In this document: positions 18,986-27,661 of the stretch, piece by piece | Layout of the letters: each line of letters starts with the position of its first letter | Numbering within the stretch: the stretch's first letter is position 1 | NCBI GenBank assembly: GCA_964460435.1 | Contig: CAYWRH010000003.1 | Coordinates: 13,547 to 77,546 of the forward strand | Direction: 5' to 3' | Length of the DNA stretch: 64,000 nt | Origin: an uncultured Desulfatiglans sp. | GTDB lineage: Bacteria; Desulfobacterota; DSM-4660; Desulfatiglandales; HGW-15 | Position numbers and translations under genes: made by a program | The notes under the pieces: model-generated | The model's database searches: none | The model's input: the letters and a program-made list of their open reading frames with translations, nothing else | What the model was told of the DNA's origin: nothing

Positions 18986-20512
18986 ATGCTAAGAAGAGTA
19001 AGGGTTGAAAATGGTCTTGTAGAGGGTTTGCCTGCTGCTGACCCGCGTATTACATCATTCAAGGGCATCCCCTTTGCTGCCCCTCCGGTGGGTCAAAACC
19101 GCTGGAAGGCCCCCCAGCCGTTAAAGAACTGGGACGGTGTTCTATATGCCTTTAAATTTGCCCCCATCTCCATGCAGCATATCCCGGGTGAAGACCCTGA
19201 AATCATCTACACAAGGGAGTGGAATGTGGACACCTCCATTGAAATGGATGAAGACTCCCTGCATCTTAATGTCTGGACACCTGCGAAACGGGCGGATGAA
19301 AAGCTGCCTGTGTTTGTCTGGTATTTTGGAGGGGGTCTTCAGGAGGGAAATACCGCTGAGATGGAGTTTGACGGCGAGCGCATTGCAAGGCGCGGCATTG
19401 TTGTTGTTACAATCAATTACAGGCTGAATGTATTTGGTTTCATGTGCCACCCTGAGATTACAAAAGAAGCCCCTGATGCGCCGGCCAACTTCGGATTTCT
19501 TGATCAGCAGTTTGGTACACGCTGGGTAAAGCATAATATAGCCGCCTTTGGAGGGGACCCTGATAACATAACCATAGGGGGACAATCAGCAGGGGGCGGA
19601 AGCGTTATGGCGCAGGTTACCTCTCCCTCAAACAAGGGCCTGTTTCATAAGGCCATTGTGGACAGCGGTCTTACGATGACTGCCTATCCGGGAACCCTTT
19701 TCCACAAGGAAAAGAACCTGGCAGAGGCTGAACAGGCCGGCATAGATTTCTTTAAATTCCTTGGCGTATCTTCCCTTAAAGAGGCACGCAATCTGGATGC
19801 AGTATACTTAAGGGACAAAATGGTGGAATACAGGGCATTCTGGGGTCCTGTAATAGATAATAAATTTTATGTTGGCGATGCCAATGAGCTGTTCATGGCA
19901 AATAAATGTGAGCTTGTCCCCATGATGTTCGGACACACTGCAACAGAGTTTCCTGACAGGCCATTAGTCAAGTCGGTTAAGGAGTTTGAAAACTTTGCAC
20001 GGGATGCCTATGGATCAGATGCAGATGAATTTCTTGGGTTATGCAGATCAGAGACCGGGAGCATCTCTGAAATGCTTTATAAGGCAACTGTGAGCCATCT
20101 TGAGTACTCCATTCGGCTTATTGGAAAGGCAAAAAAACGAACAGGCGATAAGACCCCCATATATTACTGGGTGTTCAACGCTGAGATACCGGGCTGGGAT
20201 AACCCGGGGGCATTCCATTCGGTTGATCTATGGTTCTTTTTCGAGACCCTTGCCAAGTGCTGGAGACCCTTTGTTGGCAAGCACTATGACCTGGCGCGTA
20301 AAATGTGTAATTACTGGGCCAACTTTATCAAAAGCGGGAACCCCAACGGAAAGGATGCGGACGGAACAGAGATGCCTATATGGCGCCCATTTACTGAAGA
20401 TGACCCTAACAGGATATGTTTCTATGATGAGGTATGTGCTGATAACAGAGGGCCGGATGACCTGATGAAATTCTTGATGAGGCAATATTTAAAAAAACAG
20501 AAAGGGTGTTAA
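18986..20512 (+). CDS. Type-B carboxylesterase, no signal peptide (cytoplasmic)
   Basis: Blocks: FKGIPFAAPPVGQNRW, EDSLHLNVWTP, VFVWYFGGG, elbow GGQSAGG. Confidence 0.85.
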   Translation: MLRRVRVENGLVEGLPAADPRITSFKGIPFAAPPVGQNRWKAPQPLKNWDGVLYAFKFAPISMQHIPGEDPEIIYTREWNVDTSIEMDEDSLHLNVWTPAKRADEKLPVFVWYFGGGLQEGNTAEMEFDGERIARRGIVVVTINYRLNVFGFMCHPEITKEAPDAPANFGFLDQQFGTRWVKHNIAAFGGDPDNITIGGQSAGGGSVMAQVTSPSNKGLFHKAIVDSGLTMTAYPGTLFHKEKNLAEAEQAGIDFFKFLGVSSLKEARNLDAVYLRDKMVEYRAFWGPVIDNKFYVGDANELFMANKCELVPMMFGHTATEFPDRPLVKSVKEFENFARDAYGSDADEFLGLCRSETGSISEMLYKATVSHLEYSIRLIGKAKKRTGDKTPIYYWVFNAEIPGWDNPGAFHSVDLWFFFETLAKCWRPFVGKHYDLARKMCNYWANFIKSGNPNGKDADGTEMPIWRPFTEDDPNRICFYDEVCADNRGPDDLMKFLMRQYLKKQKGC

Positions 20513-20548
20513 CTATACAATTTTAGGTCGTAAGGGGAAGAGATATAA

Positions 20549-21637
20549 ATGTCAGAGATATTTAAACCGTTACAGATAAACAGTCTAATTATAAAAAACC
20601 GTTTTGTTCGTTCAGCAACAGTGGATAACCTTGGTGAAAACCAGGTGGCAACAGAGGCTCAGCTCAATTTTTACAGGGAGCTTGCAAGGGGCGGGGTCGG
20701 GCTCATCATTTCAAGCGGGCTATTCCCGAGCCTTGACGGCTGGGCTGCACCGGGTCAGCTCGGTATCCATACAGATGAAATGATACCATCCCTTAAGAAA
20801 ATAACCGACACTGTGCATGCAAATGGCGGTAAGATAGCAGCACAGCTCATGCATGCAGGCTGGTTCGGTAACCCGGGCCTGTGCGGTTTTCAGACGGTTG
20901 GCCCATCCGAGACAGTCAATCCGGCTAATAATCTCAAAGTAAGAGGGCTCTCTTCAGATGAGGTTGAGGAAAAAATTGATCAGTTTGTGAAGGCAGGGGC
21001 AAGGGCAAAAGAGGCCGGGTTTGACGGGGTGCAGATTCATGCAGCCCACGGCTGGCTTGTAAGCGCATTCCTCTCGCCTGTTACAAATAAAAGGAATGAT
21101 AAATGGGGCGGATCTGCTTCAAACAGGGCAAGGTTTGTGATAAAGATAACTGAGGGGCTGCGAAAGGCCACAGGGCCTGATTACCCCATCCTGATCAAGC
21201 TTGGAATCAGGGAATATCATCCTGAAGGTAAAAGTGCGCAGGAGGGGATTAATTCCGCCAGGATGTTTATTGATGCGGGCATGGATGCAATAGAGGTAAG
21301 CGAGGGTGTCGAAGAGATACCCTTTAACCATATCAGGCCAAATACAATGATCCCCTACTATGCTGACGAATGCAAAAAGGCAAAAGAGGCCATATCAAAG
21401 CCTGTAATACTGGTCGGCGGAATGAGAAACCTTTCTGATATGGAAAAGGCAGTGGATGAGGGGATAGCGGATGCAATATCAATGTGCAGGCCATTTATCA
21501 TGGATCAGCATATTGTTAAAAAATTCAGAGAGGGATTGTCAAAGAGATCCTTATGTACATCCTGCAACAAATGCATACAGACAATGCAGGAGAGAAACCT
21601 GCATTGTACATTTAACTCAGGATTGATTAATTTTTAA
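20549..21637 (+). CDS. Old Yellow Enzyme-family NADH:flavin oxidoreductase with C-terminal Cys cluster
   Basis: Blocks: KNRFVRSAT, AAQLMHAG, FDGVQIHAAHGWLVSAFLSP, NKRNDKWGGS. C-terminus CTSCNKCIQTMQERNLHC (C-x2-C-x2-C-x10-C). Confidence 0.8.
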   Translation: MSEIFKPLQINSLIIKNRFVRSATVDNLGENQVATEAQLNFYRELARGGVGLIISSGLFPSLDGWAAPGQLGIHTDEMIPSLKKITDTVHANGGKIAAQLMHAGWFGNPGLCGFQTVGPSETVNPANNLKVRGLSSDEVEEKIDQFVKAGARAKEAGFDGVQIHAAHGWLVSAFLSPVTNKRNDKWGGSASNRARFVIKITEGLRKATGPDYPILIKLGIREYHPEGKSAQEGINSARMFIDAGMDAIEVSEGVEEIPFNHIRPNTMIPYYADECKKAKEAISKPVILVGGMRNLSDMEKAVDEGIADAISMCRPFIMDQHIVKKFREGLSKRSLCTSCNKCIQTMQERNLHCTFNSGLINF

Positions 21638-21663
21638 ACATCTTTTCTAAAAGGAGATTTAAC

Positions 21664-23304
21664 ATGAAAATTAAACATTCAACCTGGCTGGCAAGCATAC
21701 TGTTTATTTTTTTCATAACCTTTGCATGTGATTCGCCGCCTGATAAAAATCAGGTTAAAGAGAGCAGCGCCCCTGATGTTAAGGAAGAGGTAAAGGCGGC
21801 GCCTGAGGTTACGACAAAGGTTGATGTAACCGGCGGAACAATTGAAGGTATTGAGCAGGATGGAATTTTAACCTATAAAGGTATCCCCTTTGCAGCGCCG
21901 CCTGTGGGAGAGTTGCGCTGGAAGGCCCCTGCCCCTGTGCAGCCCTGGACAGGCGTTAAAAAGGCAGACACCTTCTGTAATGCCTGCATGCAGGCTGCAA
22001 ACGCTATGGGCAACACGGCACCGGTGAGTGAAGACTGCCTCTACCTTAATGTATGGACCCCGGCTAAAAAGAGGGATGAAAGGCTGCCTGTTATATACTG
22101 GGTGCATGGCGGCGGTTACAGCGGAGGCTCTACCAGCACACCCATGTATGATGGCATTGGTTTTGCCAAAAAGGGCGTGGTTATGGTAAGTGTTGCCTAC
22201 AGACTGGGGCCATTCGGGTTTCTTGCACACCCTGAATTAAGCATGGAGAGCGGGAACGGTTCAGGCAATTATGGAATACTTGACATGGTACAGGGCCTGA
22301 AATGGGTAAAGGACAATATCGCAAATTTCGGCGGAGACCCTGGCAATGTCACCATATTCGGCCATTCAGCCGGCGGAGCAGCCATAAGCCTGCTTGCAGC
22401 CACCCCTCTTACAAAGGGGCTTTTTCACAGGGCCATCTGCATGAGCGGGGGATCGTTTACACCCCTTATGACAGAGAATCAGGCAGGCATTGGTCTGGGG
22501 CTCCCCACACTCAAACTAGCAGAATCAAACGGCGAACAGTTTTTAAAGGAGCTTAATGTAGCTGACATTAAAGCTGCCCGGGCATTGAGCGCAGATGATA
22601 TCCAGAATAAACTTGCTGGCGGAATGGGCGGAATGAGATTCAGGCCGGTGGCAGACGGTTATGTTATATCAAATGACCTTTACTCCCTGTACATGGAAGG
22701 CAAATTTAATGATACTCCTGTATTACTGGGCCATACATCCGATGAAATGGGAGCCTTCGGCGGAAACCAGAATATTACAAAGGCCGATTTTGTCAAACAG
22801 ATCAAGGAGCAGTATGGCAAAGGGGCAGAATTAATCCTCGGTGCATACCCCCATTCAACAGATGCAGAGGCAACAAGGGCATCAAAGGATATCAGGAATG
22901 ACAGCTCCTTCTCATGGAACACCTGGACATGGTCACGCCTTCAGTCACAGAAAGGGAAAAACAGTGCCTTTCAGTATTATTTTGATTATCATCCGAATGC
23001 GCCGGATGCAGGTTCAGGACATGGAAGCGATGTGCCATACGCATTTCAGACACTTGCTAACCCAGCCCAGCCGCCGAAAGAAGAGGATATGAAACTCTCT
23101 GATATGATAAGCACATACTGGGTAAACTTTGCGAAAACCGGCAATCCTAACGGCCAGGGGCTGCCTGAATGGCCGGCTTTCAGTGAGGCTGATCAAAAGG
23201 TGATGGTGTTTGATGGAGCGCCCGGGGCAAGGGTTTTGCCGGTTCTTGAAAGGTTGAAGGTAATGGATGTCTATTTTTCAGGGCTTAGGGGAAAGAGTGA
23301 ATAG
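21664..23304 (+). CDS. Exported type-B carboxylesterase
   Basis: Signal peptide ending FITFAC, so possibly a lipoprotein. Blocks: YKGIPFAAPPVGELRW, EDCLYLNVWTP, IYWVHGGGY, elbow FGHSAGG. Confidence 0.85.
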   Translation: MKIKHSTWLASILFIFFITFACDSPPDKNQVKESSAPDVKEEVKAAPEVTTKVDVTGGTIEGIEQDGILTYKGIPFAAPPVGELRWKAPAPVQPWTGVKKADTFCNACMQAANAMGNTAPVSEDCLYLNVWTPAKKRDERLPVIYWVHGGGYSGGSTSTPMYDGIGFAKKGVVMVSVAYRLGPFGFLAHPELSMESGNGSGNYGILDMVQGLKWVKDNIANFGGDPGNVTIFGHSAGGAAISLLAATPLTKGLFHRAICMSGGSFTPLMTENQAGIGLGLPTLKLAESNGEQFLKELNVADIKAARALSADDIQNKLAGGMGGMRFRPVADGYVISNDLYSLYMEGKFNDTPVLLGHTSDEMGAFGGNQNITKADFVKQIKEQYGKGAELILGAYPHSTDAEATRASKDIRNDSSFSWNTWTWSRLQSQKGKNSAFQYYFDYHPNAPDAGSGHGSDVPYAFQTLANPAQPPKEEDMKLSDMISTYWVNFAKTGNPNGQGLPEWPAFSEADQKVMVFDGAPGARVLPVLERLKVMDVYFSGLRGKSE

Positions 23305-23336
23305 GAAGTCATCATTTATATAGAGGAGAAAAGATC

Positions 23337-24818
23337 ATGAAACCATCAAAGGGTATCGGCATAACCCGCAGGGAGTTTGTAAAAAGCACAGCCATAACAG
23401 GAGCCGCCACAATAGCTTTAGGCGCAGGAGGAATGCTGTTTCCTGTGTCAGCAAGTGCGGCGGCGAGGCAGGCTGAAATTAACGGCAAGACAATCAGGGA
23501 GGCTGCCCGCGAGACAAAGGTATGCCGCACTGCCGATGTTGTGGTGGTTGGCGGCGGGCCTGGCGGTATTGGGGCGGCCCTGTCAGCAGCAAGGAACGGG
23601 GCTGATACAGTCCTTATTGAAAGGTATGAACATCTGGGCGGCATGGGAACAGGGGGTCTCGTCACCATTATCCCCGCCATGACTGATGTTTCAGGCAGGC
23701 AGGTGATAGCCGGAATTACCCAGGAATGGATAGAGAGGCTGGATAAACGGGATGGGGCAGACTACCCGAAAAGGGAGCACTGGGGCTCAACCGATAAAAA
23801 GCTTGTTGAATATTACAATAACCGCTCCTTTTTCTATGCGACAGGCAACAGGGTAGGATATTCCGCACATATCGATGCAGAGTTATCAAAGTGTCTGTTT
23901 CAGGACATGGTGGAAGAGGCCAAAATTAAGACCTATCTTCACTCCTGGGGAACAGAGCCCATAATGGAGGGCAACAGGGCCAGGGGCGTAATCTTTGAAA
24001 GCAAATCAGGCAGACAGGCGGTGCTCGCCAAGATCGTAATCGATTCAACAGGCGATGGCGACCTGCTGCCTTATGCCGGCGCAGAGTTTGAAACCCATAT
24101 TGAACGCACAATGAGGATTGCAAACCTCTCCTTTTCATACTGGATAGATAATGTTGATCTGAAAAAATATACGGAATATAAAAAATCAAATGCCAAGGAA
24201 CTTACCGAAAAGATGCGTGAACTGAAGAAGCTTGGCGGGACAGGAGGTTTTCTTACAAGCAACCTGAAAAACCAGGAGAATGTGGTCTGGTGCTTTCCAC
24301 GGTATGCAAACACTTGTCAGTATGATGTGGAGGAGCTTACACGGGTTGAGTTTTTAGGCCGCAAGGAGATGCTTATAACACACGATTTTTATAAAAAGCA
24401 TATTCCCGGTTTTGAAAAGAGCTTTATAGTCCTTTCAAATATGCAGCTTGGCACCCGCGGCGGAAGGAGGGTTATAGGAGATTATGTTGTAAAAAAAGAG
24501 GATATGAACTTAAAGACCCCTTTTAATGACACCATCGCCATATTCCCTAACCTGGATGATAAGAACCCCTTAATGTATATGCCCTATCGCTGCCTGATAC
24601 CGCGCAATGTGGATAATATGCTTGTTGCATGCAGGGCATTTTCGTCAGATGCGGTTATAAATGATGCCTTTAATCTGATACACCACTGTGTCTCCCTCGG
24701 ACAGGCAGCCGGGGCAGCGGCAGCACAGGCAATAAATGCAGGTGTTGATGTCAGGAAGGTTGACATCAGGGCTTTGCAGGCTACCCTTAAGAAGCAGGGG
24801 GTGGTTCTGCCCGGTTAG
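23337..24818 (+). CDS. Tat-exported FAD-dependent oxidoreductase (FAD_oxidored-like), paralog 1
   Basis: Twin-arginine signal GITRREFVKSTAITGAATIALGAG. Dinucleotide fold ADVVVVGGGPGGIGAALSAARNGADTVLIERYEHLGGMGTGG. Confidence 0.75.
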   Translation: MKPSKGIGITRREFVKSTAITGAATIALGAGGMLFPVSASAAARQAEINGKTIREAARETKVCRTADVVVVGGGPGGIGAALSAARNGADTVLIERYEHLGGMGTGGLVTIIPAMTDVSGRQVIAGITQEWIERLDKRDGADYPKREHWGSTDKKLVEYYNNRSFFYATGNRVGYSAHIDAELSKCLFQDMVEEAKIKTYLHSWGTEPIMEGNRARGVIFESKSGRQAVLAKIVIDSTGDGDLLPYAGAEFETHIERTMRIANLSFSYWIDNVDLKKYTEYKKSNAKELTEKMRELKKLGGTGGFLTSNLKNQENVVWCFPRYANTCQYDVEELTRVEFLGRKEMLITHDFYKKHIPGFEKSFIVLSNMQLGTRGGRRVIGDYVVKKEDMNLKTPFNDTIAIFPNLDDKNPLMYMPYRCLIPRNVDNMLVACRAFSSDAVINDAFNLIHHCVSLGQAAGAAAAQAINAGVDVRKVDIRALQATLKKQGVVLPG

Positions 24819-24877
24819 TTAATATACAGCTTTAAGCTGTCTACCAAATCTTATTTTTTTTAAGAGGAGTTTTGATT

Positions 24878-26368
24878 ATGAATTCTCAGAATAAAAAGGG
24901 GATAACACGGCGTGAATTTTTCAGAAATACAACTATTACAGGGGCAGCAATTGCTGCCGGAGCTGGCGGCATGCTGCTTGATGCACAGGCGAGCTCAGCC
25001 CAGCCCGCCGGTATTACAGAAAAGACAATCAAAGAGGCTGCCCGTGAGACAAAGGTATGCCGGACAGCCGATGTTGTGGTTGTAGGCGGCGGCCCCGGAG
25101 GTATTGCTGCAGCGCTGGCAGCAGCGAGGAGCGGCGCTGATACTGTTCTTATAGAAAGATATGAGCACCTTGGCGGCATGGGCACAGGCGGGCTAGTCAC
25201 CATTATACCCAATTTAAGCGACTTCAGCGGCAAACAGCAGATAGCAGGTATTACGCAGGAGTGGATAGACCGGCTTAACAGAAGGGAGGCGGCAGATTAC
25301 CCTAAAAAAGAGCACTGGGGCTCGGATGATAAAAAGCTTGTTGCCTATTATCAGAACCGCTCCTTTTTTAATATTCGTGAGCAGCGGGTAATATACTCCG
25401 TGCACATAGATGCCGAGATATCAAAATGCATTCTGCAGGAGATGATGGAGGAGGCCAAGGTAAAGACATACCTGCATTCCTGGGGCACAGAGCCCATAAT
25501 GGAGGGCAACAGGGCCAGGGGCGTTATCTTTGAGAGCAAGTCAGGAAGGCAGGCAGTGCTTGCAAAGATTGTGATAGACTCCACTGGAGACGGAGACCTT
25601 CTTCCATATGCAGGGGCCGATTTCAAGATGGACATTGAACGCACACTGAGGATCGCAAACCTCTCATTTTCATACTGGATAGACAATGTTGACCTTAAAA
25701 AATATGAGGATTACAAATCATCCCATGCCAAGGAACTGACAGATCATATGCGCGAGGTCAGAAAGGCCGGGGGGCATGGCGGATTTCTTACAAGCAACCT
25801 GAAAAACCAGGAGCATGTGGTATGGTGCTTCCCCCGCTATGCAAATAAAAGCCAGGTGGATGTGGAGGAGCTTACGCGTGTTGAGTTTCAGGGCCGGAAA
25901 GATATGCTCATAACTCACGATTATTTCAAAAAGAATATCCCCGGCTTTGAAAAGAGCTTTATCGTGCTTTCAAACCCGCAGCTCGGAACCCGCGGGGCAA
26001 GACGCGTTGTTGGAGAATATGTGGTTAGCGAAAAGGACATGAACACTGATACCCCCTTCCCTGACACTGTTGCAGTATTCCCTGATGTGGATCGCGGCAA
26101 GAACTCTATAAAATACCCTGTGACATACATGCCATACCGCTGCCTGATACCGGCAAAGGTGGACAATATGCTGGTTGCATGCAGGGCATTTGCATCTGAG
26201 ATGATTGTAAATGAGTACTTTAACCTGATACCCCATTGTATTGCCCTTGGCGAGGCAGCAGGGGTTGCTGCGGCCCAGGCCATATCCGGAAACGTGGACT
26301 TAAGAAAGATTGATATAAAGGAATTGCAGGCAACCCTTAAAAAGAGGGGTGTAATCCTTCCGGGATAG
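24878..26368 (+). CDS. Tat-exported FAD-dependent oxidoreductase, paralog 2
   Basis: ATG at 24878 lies 8 nt after AAGAGGAG; the track TTG is at 24872. Tat signal GITRREFFRNTTITGAAIAAGAG. Long blocks are identical to paralog 1, for example KTYLHSWGTEPIMEGNRARGVIFESKSGRQAVLAKIVIDSTGDGDLLPYAGA. Confidence 0.75.
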   Translation: MNSQNKKGITRREFFRNTTITGAAIAAGAGGMLLDAQASSAQPAGITEKTIKEAARETKVCRTADVVVVGGGPGGIAAALAAARSGADTVLIERYEHLGGMGTGGLVTIIPNLSDFSGKQQIAGITQEWIDRLNRREAADYPKKEHWGSDDKKLVAYYQNRSFFNIREQRVIYSVHIDAEISKCILQEMMEEAKVKTYLHSWGTEPIMEGNRARGVIFESKSGRQAVLAKIVIDSTGDGDLLPYAGADFKMDIERTLRIANLSFSYWIDNVDLKKYEDYKSSHAKELTDHMREVRKAGGHGGFLTSNLKNQEHVVWCFPRYANKSQVDVEELTRVEFQGRKDMLITHDYFKKNIPGFEKSFIVLSNPQLGTRGARRVVGEYVVSEKDMNTDTPFPDTVAVFPDVDRGKNSIKYPVTYMPYRCLIPAKVDNMLVACRAFASEMIVNEYFNLIPHCIALGEAAGVAAAQAISGNVDLRKIDIKELQATLKKRGVILPG

Positions 26369-26384
26369 CTATGAGGAGTATAGA

Positions 26385-27638
26385 ATGAGAAAATCGGTTA
26401 ATAACCTCTGGGCCGTGCTTGGTCCGGGCATTTTATACACTGCCGCTGCAGTGGGGGTGTCACATCTGGTCTACTCCACACGAGCAGGGGCGGTGTATGG
26501 ACTGGCATTGATCCCTTTCATTTTGTTTTTCTGTCTGATAAAGTATCCGGCCATTCGTTTCGGCAATGAGTTTGCCGCTGCTACAGGCCGGTCACTTGTG
26601 GACAGCTATATCAGCTTTGGAAGGTATACCCTCTGGCTTTTTGGCCTCTCCCAGATATTGAGCATGGTGTTTATTACAGCGGCAATAGGGCTTGTTACCA
26701 CTGCCCTTATCAATGCAGTATTAGGGGTTTCATTCAGCATGCTTTTTGATAACGGCATCCTTCTTGTAATTTGTGCGGTAATCCTGGTCACAGGGCGCTA
26801 CCATTTGCTTGAGCGGATGACTAAAGGCATAGTGATCCTGTTCACGCTCCTGATCATGCTGACCACTGTCAGCGCCCTGTTCAAGCTGAGACTTAACGGG
26901 GTGTCACCCGGCCATTTCAGATTTGATGAGGCAACCGTGCTTTATCTGGTAGCAATGGCAGGGTATATGCCCACGCCCATCGATGCATCTGTGCTGCAAT
27001 CCTTATGGGCACGCGCAAAGGCCAGGGACTTTGGCCGCGAGGTTACTGTGAGCGAGGCAAGGCTGGATTTCAATATCGGTTTTATCAACACCTTTGTGCT
27101 GGCCGTATGCTTTGTGCTTCTGGGCATGGTAGTAATGTACTGTAATGGCATAACGCCTGAAAATAATTCTATTGGTTTTGCCAATCAGGTTATCAGACTT
27201 TTTACAGAACTTGTCGGTAAATGGGCCTATTACCCGATAGGCATAGCAGCCATTACTGTCATGTTTTCAACCCTCATCACAGTGATGGATGGATATCCCC
27301 GTGTGATAGAGGCGCTTGTTATCGAGATGAGGCCTATGTCAGGCGGTAAATTTCTGGGCAGGCGTTTCTATGACTGGGTCATGCTGTTTCTGGTTATTGC
27401 AAGTTTGATTGTTATGGCCACATTGATGAAAAGCTTTGAGGCATTTATTGACATGACATCCGCTATTGCCTTTATTGTGGGGCCGTTTATCTCATGGCTT
27501 AACCATCGCAGTATGTTCGGAGGCCAGGTAAATTCTGATGATCAGCCAGGGGCTGTAATCCGTATATGGAGCATAATCGGGTTAATTATGCAGACCCTCA
27601 TATCGGTTTACTATATCTATCTTAGAATTGCAGGCTGA
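26385..27638 (+). CDS. Polytopic membrane transporter, Nramp-fold-like, metal-site motifs not conserved
   Basis: About 11 hydrophobic helices. N-terminus LGPGILYTAAAVGVSHLVYSTRAGAVYG parallels the Nramp LGPGFL..DPGN..AGA.(F/Y)G block but lacks DPGN. GYMPTPIDAS sits where Nramp has MPHN. The family call is tentative. Confidence 0.45.
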   Translation: MRKSVNNLWAVLGPGILYTAAAVGVSHLVYSTRAGAVYGLALIPFILFFCLIKYPAIRFGNEFAAATGRSLVDSYISFGRYTLWLFGLSQILSMVFITAAIGLVTTALINAVLGVSFSMLFDNGILLVICAVILVTGRYHLLERMTKGIVILFTLLIMLTTVSALFKLRLNGVSPGHFRFDEATVLYLVAMAGYMPTPIDASVLQSLWARAKARDFGREVTVSEARLDFNIGFINTFVLAVCFVLLGMVVMYCNGITPENNSIGFANQVIRLFTELVGKWAYYPIGIAAITVMFSTLITVMDGYPRVIEALVIEMRPMSGGKFLGRRFYDWVMLFLVIASLIVMATLMKSFEAFIDMTSAIAFIVGPFISWLNHRSMFGGQVNSDDQPGAVIRIWSIIGLIMQTLISVYYIYLRIAG

Positions 27639-27661
27639 TATGGCTTTGAAGGTTTTAATAA

